64,000 bases of DNA from positions 460 through 64,459 of the IMG/VR virus record IMGVR_UViG_3300034071_001727. The stretch is one strand, 5' to 3'. The position numbers and the translations under genes are program-made. Below are positions 45,481 through 55,207 of the stretch, in pieces. The first letter of the stretch is position 1. Every line of letters begins with the position of its first letter. Below the pieces are notes generated by a model. It saw only the letters and a program-made list of their open reading frames with translations, was not told the DNA's origin and searched no databases. Source of the DNA: a virus (lineage: Duplodnaviria; Caudoviricetes).

Positions 45481-47595
45481 GTGGCTATCACCGTAGTCCA
45501 GACGTCAGCGCTGACCCGGACGAGCTTCGGGAGCGGCAACCCGACGGTTTCGTTTTCGACGGCGCCCGGCGTGGGGTCGACGATCCTGATCGTCGTGGTG
45601 AACTATCACGCGCTGAGCCCCGTGCTGAACAGCGTAACGGTTAACGCCGAGGAAGCGCTGAACGACGCGACACACACGTCGGGCACGTCACAAGTCAGCA
45701 TCTGGCGGGTCAGCGAATATCCCGGCGGCACAGCCACCATCACAGTCAACCCGTTCGAGACGTCCGGGCACTTCATCACAGCGTGCGCAATCGAGGTCAC
45801 AGGGCTCGATCCCACCGAGCCATTGGGACAGACAGCGAACCAGACCAGCACAGGCAGCCCTCAAGTTGTGCCGTCAGGCGGCATGCTGTCGGTGCCGCAG
45901 TTTGTGCTCGGCGCGTTCGGGATCACTACAGGCATCACGAACAACGGCGTGGTCGCCACTGCCGGCACTCCGCTCTACACGGAGAGCAACAGCAACAGCT
46001 TTGCAGCCGGCGGGGCGTCCTACATTCAAGCGGTCAATACGCTTGGGGCCAGTGTCAGCTGGACCACGACGTCGAGCCCCCCGTGGTTCAGTGTCGTCGC
46101 GGCGTACAAGCCGCCGCCGCAAGCTGGCGCGTCGTTCGTGCCCGGGATCACGCTCGCCAATGAGACCGTGTTCGTCCCTGTCGTCGAAGAGAGCATCGGA
46201 GCGTTCAACGCAGGATCGATCCCGCGTCTGGGGCCGACGGGCAAGCTCGATCCCAGCATGGTCGACATCACCGCAGCGGGTACGACAGATGCGGTGCAGC
46301 TGAGGGGCGTGACTGGTCAGCTCTCGTCAGACGAGTTCCTGTTCTGGGACAACTTCAACAACATCCTCAACTCGGGCGGCGGCTTCGGGTGGATCAACGC
46401 AGGTGTGGGACCGACTCGGCTGGTGCCTATCGCCGCGGGTGGGCGCAATGGCGCACAGCTGACCACGCAGTACAGCGCCAACAACGCGTTCGCCGGGCTC
46501 CGCATGTACGCGCGCGATACGTCGCTGGGCGAGCAGTGCGAGTCGTGGCTGATCTCGTCGGGCGACCTTGGCGGCGTGGAGGCAAGCGTTCGCGTCCTGA
46601 GTGGGGCGTTCGAGCCGGTGTTCTACAGTAGCTTGCTCAGCGTCGACCCGTTTCCAGTGCTGCATACAGGGAACACGCGCACGATCAACGACATCGGTCT
46701 CTGGGGCACCGGCAACATCAGCATCGGCGCGTCAGTAGTCGTAGATCCGCTGACTCTCTCAAACTCGACTCCGGCTGCACCGGCCGCCAACAACGTGCGT
46801 GTGTTCGGCCGGAAGCTCGCGGAACGCATGCACCCGGCGTTCATTGGGCCAAGCGGGCTGGCGCAAGGCATGCAGCGGACGCTGGCAGGCGCCAATGTCG
46901 GGTATTGGGCACCGCCGGGTAATGCAACAACCGTCCCCGCTGTTCTTGGCTTCACTGCGGTTACTGTCACGGGCTTCACCGCGACAGCGCGCAACATCGC
47001 CACGACTAACCGCTTCACGCGCATGCGTAGGCTCGGCTATGTGACCGCAGCGACCGCCGGCACGGTAGGACATTGGCGCGTAGGCGTATACCAGTACACG
47101 GTCGGCGGAGCGTCTGGGAGCGGCGGGTTCTTCTACGTCAAGCGGTTCGGAATCTCAGACCCAGCCGCTGTCGCGGGTGCTCGCATGTTCATTGGCATGC
47201 GGTTCAGCTCGACGCCTGCCAACGCGGAGCCGTCCACGCTGACCAACTGCGTAGGCGTCGGCCACAACGCGGCGCATACGAACCTGCACATTTTCTACGG
47301 CGGCAGCGCGGCCCAGACGCCTATCAATCTGGGCGCGAACTTCCCAATCACCCATGGGTCGGTGGAGGCGTACGAGCTGGCGCTGTTCAGTGCGTCCAAC
47401 AGCGGCGATGTGCACTGGCAGGTGACTCGGCTGTCGAACGGCAACACGGCCTCCGGGACCATCGTCAACAGCGGGGCCACCGTGCTCCCGACTGAAACCA
47501 CGCTGTTGGCCCCGTGGGGCTACCGAACCAACAACGCCACGGCCCTGGCGGTCGGCTTGGACGTCATGTCCGCCTACATCGAGACGGACTTCTGA
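45481..47595 (+). CDS. Putative fiber / receptor-binding protein
   Basis: 704 aa, S/T/G-rich beta modules in the tail region. Confidence 0.65.
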   Translation: MAITVVQTSALTRTSFGSGNPTVSFSTAPGVGSTILIVVVNYHALSPVLNSVTVNAEEALNDATHTSGTSQVSIWRVSEYPGGTATITVNPFETSGHFITACAIEVTGLDPTEPLGQTANQTSTGSPQVVPSGGMLSVPQFVLGAFGITTGITNNGVVATAGTPLYTESNSNSFAAGGASYIQAVNTLGASVSWTTTSSPPWFSVVAAYKPPPQAGASFVPGITLANETVFVPVVEESIGAFNAGSIPRLGPTGKLDPSMVDITAAGTTDAVQLRGVTGQLSSDEFLFWDNFNNILNSGGGFGWINAGVGPTRLVPIAAGGRNGAQLTTQYSANNAFAGLRMYARDTSLGEQCESWLISSGDLGGVEASVRVLSGAFEPVFYSSLLSVDPFPVLHTGNTRTINDIGLWGTGNISIGASVVVDPLTLSNSTPAAPAANNVRVFGRKLAERMHPAFIGPSGLAQGMQRTLAGANVGYWAPPGNATTVPAVLGFTAVTVTGFTATARNIATTNRFTRMRRLGYVTAATAGTVGHWRVGVYQYTVGGASGSGGFFYVKRFGISDPAAVAGARMFIGMRFSSTPANAEPSTLTNCVGVGHNAAHTNLHIFYGGSAAQTPINLGANFPITHGSVEAYELALFSASNSGDVHWQVTRLSNGNTASGTIVNSGATVLPTETTLLAPWGYRTNNATALAVGLDVMSAYIETDF

Positions 47596-47597
47596 TC

Positions 47598-48926
47598 GTG
47601 CCCAAGGTCAACGACAACGAGCTGATTCAGATCGCGGGCTTTTCCGGCCTGAACAACGTCGACCGCGAGTTCGCTTCGGTGTTGGGCGGCGAGCCTGGCG
47701 GCGCGCGCGTGGCGCCGCTACGCGCGGCTGAGAACGTCGACATCGACAACGCCCTCAAGATGCGCACGCGCCGCGGCTGGGCGCGGCTTCTGGCGGCTGA
47801 CAACGCGCGCGGGCTCTGGTCGGTCGAGGGCCTGGGCTGGGGGTTGGTCGCGTTCGGCGAAGAGCTGCACCAGGTGCAAGCAGACGGCACGACCGCAGTG
47901 GTGGCAACCGGGCTCGACCCCAACGCCACGCCCTGCTATGCCGAAATCAACGGGGTCGCATACTGGTCAGACGGCCGCACCATCGGGCGCGTGTTCGCTG
48001 ACGGCAGCACAGCGCGCGTGGGGTGCGAGCAGCCTGCAGGGCAGCCGCTGGTCAGCCCTGCAAGCGCTGGCGGTCTCGCCGCCGGGATCTACCAGATCGC
48101 GATCACCTACCAGGACTCTACCGGCCAAGAGTCCGGCGCAGGCCTGGCCGTCGAGCTCAGCGTGCAGGCCGGGCAGGGCATCGAGCTACAGGCCATCCCG
48201 CAGCCGGCAGACCCGACCACGCGCGTCAACGTGTACGCGACGTCCGCCAACGGTTCGGAGTTCCACCTGCGCGCCCAGCTGCCCGCAGGCGCGACGGTCT
48301 TCGTGCTCGGGCACGGGCCCGAAGGCCGAAAGCTGGAAACGCAGTTCCTGGCGCCAATGCCCGCCGGGCAGATGATGGCCGCAGCGAATGGGCGCCTCTT
48401 CGTCATGCGCGGGAACGTGCTCTGGCACTCGGAGCCGCTGCGCTACGGGCTCACGCGGCCGGCGGCCAATTGGGTCACCTACGCCGGCGCGCCCTCGCTG
48501 CTGCTGGCTGTCGGCGCTGCAGATGCCGGCAGCGGCCTGTTCGTCGCCGCGGGCTCGCGCACCTACTGGCAGTCCGGCGCCGATCCGCGCAACTGGCAGC
48601 GCGTCATCGCCTACCCGCATGGCGCCATCGCCGGCACCGGCATGGTCGCGCCTGGGAGCTACTTCGGGCTGGAGACGACTCAGCCGGTGGCGTACTGGCT
48701 GGCCAGCAATGGCGTGTTCTGCATCGGCTCGCCGGGCGGCAACGTGTCGCCGTTCTCCGAACGTACCTTCGTGGCCGACCCCGCCGACCAGGGCGCCAGC
48801 CTGCTGCGCGAGGTCGACGGCATCCGGCAGGCAATCACGGTGACGCGCGGCGGGCGCCGGAGCGGGTTCGCTCTGCGCGACTCGGCCAGCGCCGAAGTCG
48901 TGCGCAACGGAATCAGGGAGCCCTGA
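47598..48926 (+). CDS. Tail structural protein (nozzle/stabilization-like)
   Basis: FSGLNN..A.NVDID..R.G N-terminus; beta-propeller-like repeats. Confidence 0.65.
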   Translation: MPKVNDNELIQIAGFSGLNNVDREFASVLGGEPGGARVAPLRAAENVDIDNALKMRTRRGWARLLAADNARGLWSVEGLGWGLVAFGEELHQVQADGTTAVVATGLDPNATPCYAEINGVAYWSDGRTIGRVFADGSTARVGCEQPAGQPLVSPASAGGLAAGIYQIAITYQDSTGQESGAGLAVELSVQAGQGIELQAIPQPADPTTRVNVYATSANGSEFHLRAQLPAGATVFVLGHGPEGRKLETQFLAPMPAGQMMAAANGRLFVMRGNVLWHSEPLRYGLTRPAANWVTYAGAPSLLLAVGAADAGSGLFVAAGSRTYWQSGADPRNWQRVIAYPHGAIAGTGMVAPGSYFGLETTQPVAYWLASNGVFCIGSPGGNVSPFSERTFVADPADQGASLLREVDGIRQAITVTRGGRRSGFALRDSASAEVVRNGIREP

Positions 48927-49108
48927 TGCTCGACCATCTTCGACGCGCGCCCGATCAGCAGATCGCAGAGCGCCGCGCCCTCTGCAACAGCTGCGAGCAC
49001 CGCGTCCCTGCAGCTGGGATCAGACCCGCGACATGTGGAAAGTGCGGCTGTGTGCTGGCCGTGAAAACCGCCTTCAAAACCCAATCCTGCCCACTCAAGA
49101 AATGGTGA
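48926..49108 (+). CDS. Small Cys-rich protein (DUF6171-like)
   Basis: R..C..C..C.KCGC...K.....CP..KW; GGAG SD. Confidence 0.7.
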   Translation: MLDHLRRAPDQQIAERRALCNSCEHRVPAAGIRPATCGKCGCVLAVKTAFKTQSCPLKKW

Positions 49109-49113
49109 CCCGC

Positions 49114-49701
49114 ATGAGTCTTCTCGCCCGCCTGGAAAAGGACCGCTCCGCGCTGGGGCGGATGATCCGTAACCACCACTACGAGCGCGCCTCCGATGGC
49201 GTGCGCATGCGCAATGGCCTGTTCATCGGCGGCCATGCCGAGGTCGCCGTCAACGGCGGGCCTTGGGAAGTGGCCCCGAATCTGGTGACCAACCAGGGTA
49301 TCGACTACCTGCTGTCGGCTGCGCTGAACGGCGGAACGCCTGACTCCGGATGGCATCTGGCCCCCTACTTCGGCACCGCCAGCCCCGTGGCTACCGTGAC
49401 GGCAGCCACCTTCAACGCGACCATGCAGGAGTTCCAGAACTACGCCGAGACCCCACGCCCCGCATGGACGGTCACCGCCGGCGCGCAGTCGCTCAGCAAT
49501 GCCACCGCGGCTGCGCTGATCACCATCAATCAGGCGAACCAGACCGTTCGCGGCATCGGTGTCATGAGCGTCGGCACCAAGCTGGCTGGCAGTGGCTTCC
49601 TTCTGGCCATCGCGCCGTTCGCGTCCGCCAAGACCGCCCTGGGCGTGGACGACACGCTCAGCCTGATCTACACCCTGACCGGGGCCGACGGCGGGCCGTA
49701 A
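49114..49701 (+). CDS. Tail structural protein
   Basis: NLVTNQGIDYLL..W..A..RP.W..N.A motif. Confidence 0.7.
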   Translation: MSLLARLEKDRSALGRMIRNHHYERASDGVRMRNGLFIGGHAEVAVNGGPWEVAPNLVTNQGIDYLLSAALNGGTPDSGWHLAPYFGTASPVATVTAATFNATMQEFQNYAETPRPAWTVTAGAQSLSNATAAALITINQANQTVRGIGVMSVGTKLAGSGFLLAIAPFASAKTALGVDDTLSLIYTLTGADGGP

Positions 49702-52700
49702 ATGCGCTTCACCGGCGAAGTCACATGGAAGACGGTAGGCGACGCCCAGCAGGCCGCCGCCTACCGTCCGACTGCCCGCCTTCTGGTCGGGCAGACCCTG
49801 ACGACGCTCGGGCCTGGGGTCGACACCTACACGCGCAGGGTGCGGCTGAACGACGGAACGTTGATCACCGTGCAGCTGCTGCCGCAACAGCAGCCGATTG
49901 TCACCATCGACGTGGCGACCGGGCGGCCCGCACAGCGACGGCAGGTGCTGGAGGCGTCCATCTGGATCCCGCGCGGGTTCGTGGTGCTGCCGATCAACTC
50001 GGCCAACCGCGCAGGCTGGGGGCTGCCGATCGTGCAGGAGTTCGACCCCGCGTTCTCGGAGGACTTGCAGACCTTCGCGCCGGGGAATCTGGCGCCCGGG
50101 CTGGACGTGGCGCGCTGGACGCCTGGCGGGCCGCTGGCGCAGGTGCTGATCACCCGCGATCGAGACGGCGGGTATCCGGTAGAGCCCAACACGCGCAGCC
50201 GCACCTATGTGGACGTCTCGCCCAACTATCACCCGCGGTTCGGACCCTTCCCCGCAGTGCTGGACGTGCCGACAGGCCCATGGGGTGCCTACCGGCTGGA
50301 GTTCAACGACTTCGAGCTGCAGTCGCTCCGCACCGACGTGGACCCGCAGACCGTCAAGGACTCGAAGCGGGAAATGTTCAACCTGCTGAACGGGCACCGC
50401 GCTTCGGTGGGCCGCCCGCCGCTGAATCCGCCGCTCCGCGGCAGCTTCGACTCAGCGCAGGTCGCGTGTGAGGCCAGCTGGGAGACGCGCCTGTACGGGC
50501 ACATGGTCGGGGGCTTCCCGAGCACGTACAAGACCTACAACGCGCGCAGCGCCAAGAACGGTTGGCTGTGCGAAGAGGACGGCGGCACCAGCGAGTTCAG
50601 CATGGTCGAGCGCGTGGCCATGTACGGATCGGAAATCCTCGTCGGCTTCGCGGACGAGTACGAATCCCTCGGGCTCGACCTGAACGGCTGGCCGGTGCTG
50701 CGGCTGGTTGGCACTCGCTACCAGATCACCCCCACGTTCGCACTCGCTGGCTGGCTCAGCTCCACGCGACATCGCGCCGTCATCGAGTCGCCCATCTACG
50801 ACGACAAGCCCGCGCAGGCAACGACCACGCACCTGGGCTTTCGTCCTGGCACCGTCGCCGCCGTGTTCGAGCGCAACCAGCAGTGGATCCAGTGCGGGAA
50901 CCGGTATTGGCTGTCCCAGCACCCGGAAGTGCCGCCGCTGTCGTGGAAGAGCTTCGACACGCTCAATCTGCTGTGGGAGACGATGCCGGTCGCACTGCAG
51001 GCGGGCTTGCCCGTCTCTGGCGGCGGGCTGCGCGCTGCGTTCACGTTCTACTTCAACGAGCCGCAGGACTGGCTGGACGAAACCACGATCGGGACCGATC
51101 CACCGGGCGAGGAAGTGCCGTTCACCTTCAATCGCGATGCGCAGGTGCTGCGGCAGCTGGCAGGCGGACAAATCAACTACCGCACGCCCCTGGGCGGCGA
51201 GCTCTACATGCGCGGGCGCTGCATCGCCATCGCCCCCGACAGCGGTTTCGTGCTCGGCGCCGGCGTGGCGCGGCTCAACTTCGACAACCGCACCGTGTGG
51301 CGCCTGATCGTGATCGCCCACCATCGCGAGGACCAGCCGGCAGAGACGCTGCCGGAAGTCTTCACGCTTTCCACGCCGGTTCCGGAGTTCACCGCGCGCT
51401 GCCGGCTCTGGTGGACCGACTTCGAGAATGACCCGGCTGTCGCCCCGGACGAGCAGGGCTCGCGCGTGATCCTGCCCTGCCACCCGCGTACCGTCGTGCG
51501 CAAGGTGTTCGGCCGCGAGGAAGGCAGCGACGGCCCGCATCCGTCCATCGAGTTCGGCCCGGAAAGCACATGGCGCGGCGGCGAGCTGCTGGACGTGAGC
51601 CGCACCGGCCTGGCCTACCTTCTCAAGTACGACTGCCTGTGGACGTTCGACCCGCCCGGGCTGCAGGCGGCGTGCATCCGCAGCGGCTTCTACGCCAGCG
51701 AGTTCGACACCTGGAGCTTCAGTACCGATCCGCTCAACCAGCAATCTACGTGGGTGCGCACCGCGGAGCCTAGCCTGCTGTCGCCTATCTGGGAGGAAGG
51801 TGCGGGCTCGATCAGCATCACCAACAAGCGCTTCAACTTCATCCCCGGCGGCGATCCGATCTACTGCCGACTGCAGCTGACGCACCAGCAGAACAGCGTG
51901 TCGGCCTCGCTGACCTTCGAGCACTTTGCCGGCGAGCTCAACGCGGCGGAGCCAGCCGAGGACTACGTATTCAGCGCCAACCCGCCGCGGCTTCACCAGC
52001 AGTGGGCCGCCGACAACTACGCCGGCTGCGCGCCGCGCGTGCTTCGTCCTGTTGCCGTCTACTGGCGGGGGTCCGCCCTACGCGCGCTCTACGATGTTTC
52101 CATCATCGAGCCCACGACCCGCATGAATACGATCGACCGCGGTCCGCCTGTTGTCACCACGCTCGCGTTCCCGGATCTTGACCTTGCCTGCGTCGGCCGT
52201 GGTCTGGTTCGGGGGCCGGCAATGCTCGACGCGGAAACTGCCCGCGGCCTCGTCTATGACGCGGAGCTCTACAGCTCCGACATCGCCCAGCACGACGTGG
52301 ACATCGCTGCACTGTGGGCGTCGGTCTATCACGTCTCGGATGACCACTTGGCCTATGCCGTAGTCGGTGCGCGCACGCCGTTCTACTTCGACGAATCGCC
52401 CACCTTCGGCGCGTCCTGGTGCGGCGGGCGGGACCTGCTGGTGAGGCGCTTTCCGGGCTACGACGCGCCTGATCCGGAGGACACGCGTTACGAGGACACC
52501 TACTTCGAAGACTTCTGCGATTGGGCGCCGACCACGCGCGAGACGATCGCGGTTCGAGTCGTGCACAACGGCATCGCAGTGGTGGACACCAACCTACCGA
52601 ATCCGGGCGGGCACTACACATTCCCGCGCGGGCTCTGGGCCACGGCCTCTACGATCTTCGGCGGCCTATGCCCTCGCAACGCGAGCCCCTATTCGAGCGG

Positions 52701-52986
52701 AAACCTGTGCGTGGACCGCGCCGGAAACTGGCTGCTTGCCGTGACGTTCGGGGCACAGCCCGGCGGCTTTCCGAAGCGCATGACGACTCCCGCTGCATCC
52801 GCCGGCCCGTTCAGCTGTTCCACCGGCGGCACCTTGGTGGTGCCCATCATCGGGCTGGGCGCGCGCTTCTCCCAGAACGGCGAGCCCTGCAACGTGGCTG
52901 GCCACTGGTCCAGCAGCTTCGCCGACCTGGGCGAGCTGACCGAAACACCGGGCGAGTCCTGGTCTGTCTACGTGAGGCTGGTATGA
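49702..52986 (+). CDS. Large tail-region protein containing a CAP/SCP-like domain
   Basis: 1094 aa; LLNGHRASVGRPPL..GH..SEIL..WLSSTRHRAVI. Confidence 0.7.
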   Translation: MRFTGEVTWKTVGDAQQAAAYRPTARLLVGQTLTTLGPGVDTYTRRVRLNDGTLITVQLLPQQQPIVTIDVATGRPAQRRQVLEASIWIPRGFVVLPINSANRAGWGLPIVQEFDPAFSEDLQTFAPGNLAPGLDVARWTPGGPLAQVLITRDRDGGYPVEPNTRSRTYVDVSPNYHPRFGPFPAVLDVPTGPWGAYRLEFNDFELQSLRTDVDPQTVKDSKREMFNLLNGHRASVGRPPLNPPLRGSFDSAQVACEASWETRLYGHMVGGFPSTYKTYNARSAKNGWLCEEDGGTSEFSMVERVAMYGSEILVGFADEYESLGLDLNGWPVLRLVGTRYQITPTFALAGWLSSTRHRAVIESPIYDDKPAQATTTHLGFRPGTVAAVFERNQQWIQCGNRYWLSQHPEVPPLSWKSFDTLNLLWETMPVALQAGLPVSGGGLRAAFTFYFNEPQDWLDETTIGTDPPGEEVPFTFNRDAQVLRQLAGGQINYRTPLGGELYMRGRCIAIAPDSGFVLGAGVARLNFDNRTVWRLIVIAHHREDQPAETLPEVFTLSTPVPEFTARCRLWWTDFENDPAVAPDEQGSRVILPCHPRTVVRKVFGREEGSDGPHPSIEFGPESTWRGGELLDVSRTGLAYLLKYDCLWTFDPPGLQAACIRSGFYASEFDTWSFSTDPLNQQSTWVRTAEPSLLSPIWEEGAGSISITNKRFNFIPGGDPIYCRLQLTHQQNSVSASLTFEHFAGELNAAEPAEDYVFSANPPRLHQQWAADNYAGCAPRVLRPVAVYWRGSALRALYDVSIIEPTTRMNTIDRGPPVVTTLAFPDLDLACVGRGLVRGPAMLDAETARGLVYDAELYSSDIAQHDVDIAALWASVYHVSDDHLAYAVVGARTPFYFDESPTFGASWCGGRDLLVRRFPGYDAPDPEDTRYEDTYFEDFCDWAPTTRETIAVRVVHNGIAVVDTNLPNPGGHYTFPRGLWATASTIFGGLCPRNASPYSSGNLCVDRAGNWLLAVTFGAQPGGFPKRMTTPAASAGPFSCSTGGTLVVPIIGLGARFSQNGEPCNVAGHWSSSFADLGELTETPGESWSVYVRLV

Positions 52987-53456
52987 GCGGATGCTTCTGG
53001 ACCGGGTACATCAACTGTGCGGAACCCTCCTGCGGAGGCGACACCCCGGTGACTCCAACGGGCGTGCAGCACATCGCCATCTACACCGGAAATCCGCCCG
53101 CGTTTTTGGGCACGATCAGCGCGCTCGACTATTTCGACGGCTACGAATTCGAATGGCCGGGCTTGGGCGTTGCCTTTGACTGCGCCAACGAGCGTTCCCC
53201 GTTCGACGGACCCGAAGAACCGACCAGCATGTTCGGCCTTGGCTACGACGAAGTGCAGGTAGGCGGCATCTGGTACTCCACCACTGACTTCATCCCGCCG
53301 CCCGGAAGCTTTGAAGAGCAGAGCCCCTGCGTCGACACGCCGCCTGGCGATGAATTTCTCTACCAGCTGCTGGGGCCTTTCACCGTGCGCTTCCGCGGCG
53401 GTGCGCTTCCCGAGGTCGAGCTGCCGGCCTACATCGTTTCCAACACGGGAAGCTGA
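52983..53456 (+). CDS. Hypothetical acidic tail-region protein
   Basis: GAGG SD, ATGA coupling. Confidence 0.6.
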   Translation: MSGCFWTGYINCAEPSCGGDTPVTPTGVQHIAIYTGNPPAFLGTISALDYFDGYEFEWPGLGVAFDCANERSPFDGPEEPTSMFGLGYDEVQVGGIWYSTTDFIPPPGSFEEQSPCVDTPPGDEFLYQLLGPFTVRFRGGALPEVELPAYIVSNTGS

Positions 53457-53457
53457 C

Positions 53458-53937
53458 ATGACCCTTCAAGTCTCCAACGGCTTCAAAGCGCTGATCCTGG
53501 GGCCGCGGTCCTTCGAGAGCATCTTCGCGGGCGGCGCCATCGCGGTCTACTCGGGCGACCGACCGGACACGGCCGATGATCAGATCCCGGTAGGCGCCGT
53601 GCTTCTCGGGCACATCACGACCAACGGCCTGCCCTGGTCGGCGCTCAGTCAAGCCAACGGGCTGACCTATGCGCGCCAAGGCCCGTTCGTCACCAAGCCC
53701 ATCGGCGTGCCTTGGGCGATCACGCCCACAGGCTCAGGGCTGGCGACCTGGTTCCGCGTGCTCAGCAACACGCCCGACAACGGATCGCTGAGCTTCGACC
53801 TTGCGCGCATCGACGGCGACATTTCACCCAGCAACCCAGACGCAGAAATGCGCCTTCTCAACCCCGTGCTGCAGGTCGGCGTCGTCAAGACGCTCGACCA
53901 CTTCCTCTACACCATCCCCCCCGTCGTAGGACTCTGA
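53458..53937 (+). CDS. Tail structural protein
   Basis: I.VYSG.RP.TAD..G.ATWFR..RIDG. Confidence 0.7.
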   Translation: MTLQVSNGFKALILGPRSFESIFAGGAIAVYSGDRPDTADDQIPVGAVLLGHITTNGLPWSALSQANGLTYARQGPFVTKPIGVPWAITPTGSGLATWFRVLSNTPDNGSLSFDLARIDGDISPSNPDAEMRLLNPVLQVGVVKTLDHFLYTIPPVVGL

Positions 53938-53940
53938 GCC

Positions 53941-54462
53941 ATGGCCATCCAGTATTCCGTTGCGCTGAAAAACGCACTGCTTGCCTCCAACAGCCTCAAG
54001 GAAGCGTTGGAGTCGGCAAACGCCGCACCGGTCGGCATGTACCTGTTCCTGTTCGCTGGCCCGGTGCCAGCGACGCCCGATGCCGCCCTGAACATGGCCG
54101 CCGACCATACGCAGGTGGTCAAGGTCGCGGCCGATGCCACGGCCATCGCCAATGGCATCGTGCCGCTGCAGCTCGCCGCGACCGCCACCGCTGGCTACAT
54201 CACGAAGGCCACGGCACAGACGTGGAAGGGCTTGATCGACTTCGACGGCGTGAGTTCGGCTGCGCCCAGCCTGGCGCCGACGTTCTTCCGGCTCTGCGCC
54301 GGCGGTGACAACGGCCGCGGCGCGGGCGGCGCTTCGAGCTTCCGCGTGCAGGGCACCTGCGGCGTCGTCGGCGCTGACCTGCTGCTACCGAATGCCACGC
54401 TCGAAGACAACGGCACCAACGAGTTCGGCTTGGGCGCAGCGCAGTTCGGGTTCCCGGCCTGA
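53941..54462 (+). CDS. Tail structural protein, paralog of the preceding gene
   Basis: FAGPVP.TPD..TFFR..RVQG. Confidence 0.7.
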   Translation: MAIQYSVALKNALLASNSLKEALESANAAPVGMYLFLFAGPVPATPDAALNMAADHTQVVKVAADATAIANGIVPLQLAATATAGYITKATAQTWKGLIDFDGVSSAAPSLAPTFFRLCAGGDNGRGAGGASSFRVQGTCGVVGADLLLPNATLEDNGTNEFGLGAAQFGFPA

Positions 54463-54464
54463 TC

Positions 54465-54731
54465 ATGCTTCGCAAGGTCGGGCCACTGACGGTGCTGGTG
54501 CCTGGGGTTGTCGGCAGCGCGGCACAGCCTGCGCGCAGCTGGTGCGTGCCGTCTGCCGCAAACCCGGGCAACGGCACGCCCAATCCTCAGCCACCGCCCA
54601 ACGGCGGCAGCAACTCGGGCGGCGGCTGCGGTGAGGGCGGGTTCCTGATCTTCCTGCCTCCGTGCAGACCGAATCCCCTTCAACCGGGGCAGCTGCTGTG
54701 CACGCCCTACATCGCGCCGTGCCCGCCATGA
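54465..54731 (+). CDS. Pro/Gly/Cys-rich small protein
   Basis: Fills the gap; ATGA-coupled to the next gene. Confidence 0.55.
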   Translation: MLRKVGPLTVLVPGVVGSAAQPARSWCVPSAANPGNGTPNPQPPPNGGSNSGGGCGEGGFLIFLPPCRPNPLQPGQLLCTPYIAPCPP

Positions 54732-55207
54732 CCCAGCCTTGCAACCGCGTCAGCACCGTACCGCTGTGCTACTTCTGCCCAGCGGTCCCCGCGCAGGCAA
54801 CCATCCCGCCCGTGATCGGGGAAGGCCTCAACCTGGGCTGGAACGCCAGCGCTTTCAGCATCACCCGCCTGTCCGGCGACTGCTACACCGCCTTCAATAT
54901 CAGCCTCGGCGCCGGCATCGCCATTGGGCTCTCGAACCAGCGCACAGCGACCGACCCGAGCACGCTGGAGCACGGCCTGCTGTTCCAGAACATCAACGGC
55001 TTCCAGCTGCTGCAGGTCATCGAGCGGGGCGTGCCGATCGGGCTTCCGCAGCCGGCAGACCCAGCCGCGCGCTACCGCATCGAGCGTGATCGGGCCCGGG
55101 TTCGGTTCTTCATGGGCAGCGAGCTGATCGCCGATCGGCTGGCGGTGACCGCCGCATCGCTGGTGGTGGTGGCCTGCCTGTACGCCGTTGGCGACGAGGT
55201 TCAATGA
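54728..55207 (+). CDS. Tail-region protein
   Basis: LGWNASAFS..YRIER..LYAVGD. Confidence 0.6.
   Translation: MTQPCNRVSTVPLCYFCPAVPAQATIPPVIGEGLNLGWNASAFSITRLSGDCYTAFNISLGAGIAIGLSNQRTATDPSTLEHGLLFQNINGFQLLQVIERGVPIGLPQPADPAARYRIERDRARVRFFMGSELIADRLAVTAASLVVVACLYAVGDEVQ

Noticed and set aside
54465-55207. Frameshift-split single tail gene
   Set aside because: A clean ATGA overlap and no slippery tract favour two coupled genes; cannot be decided without homologs.
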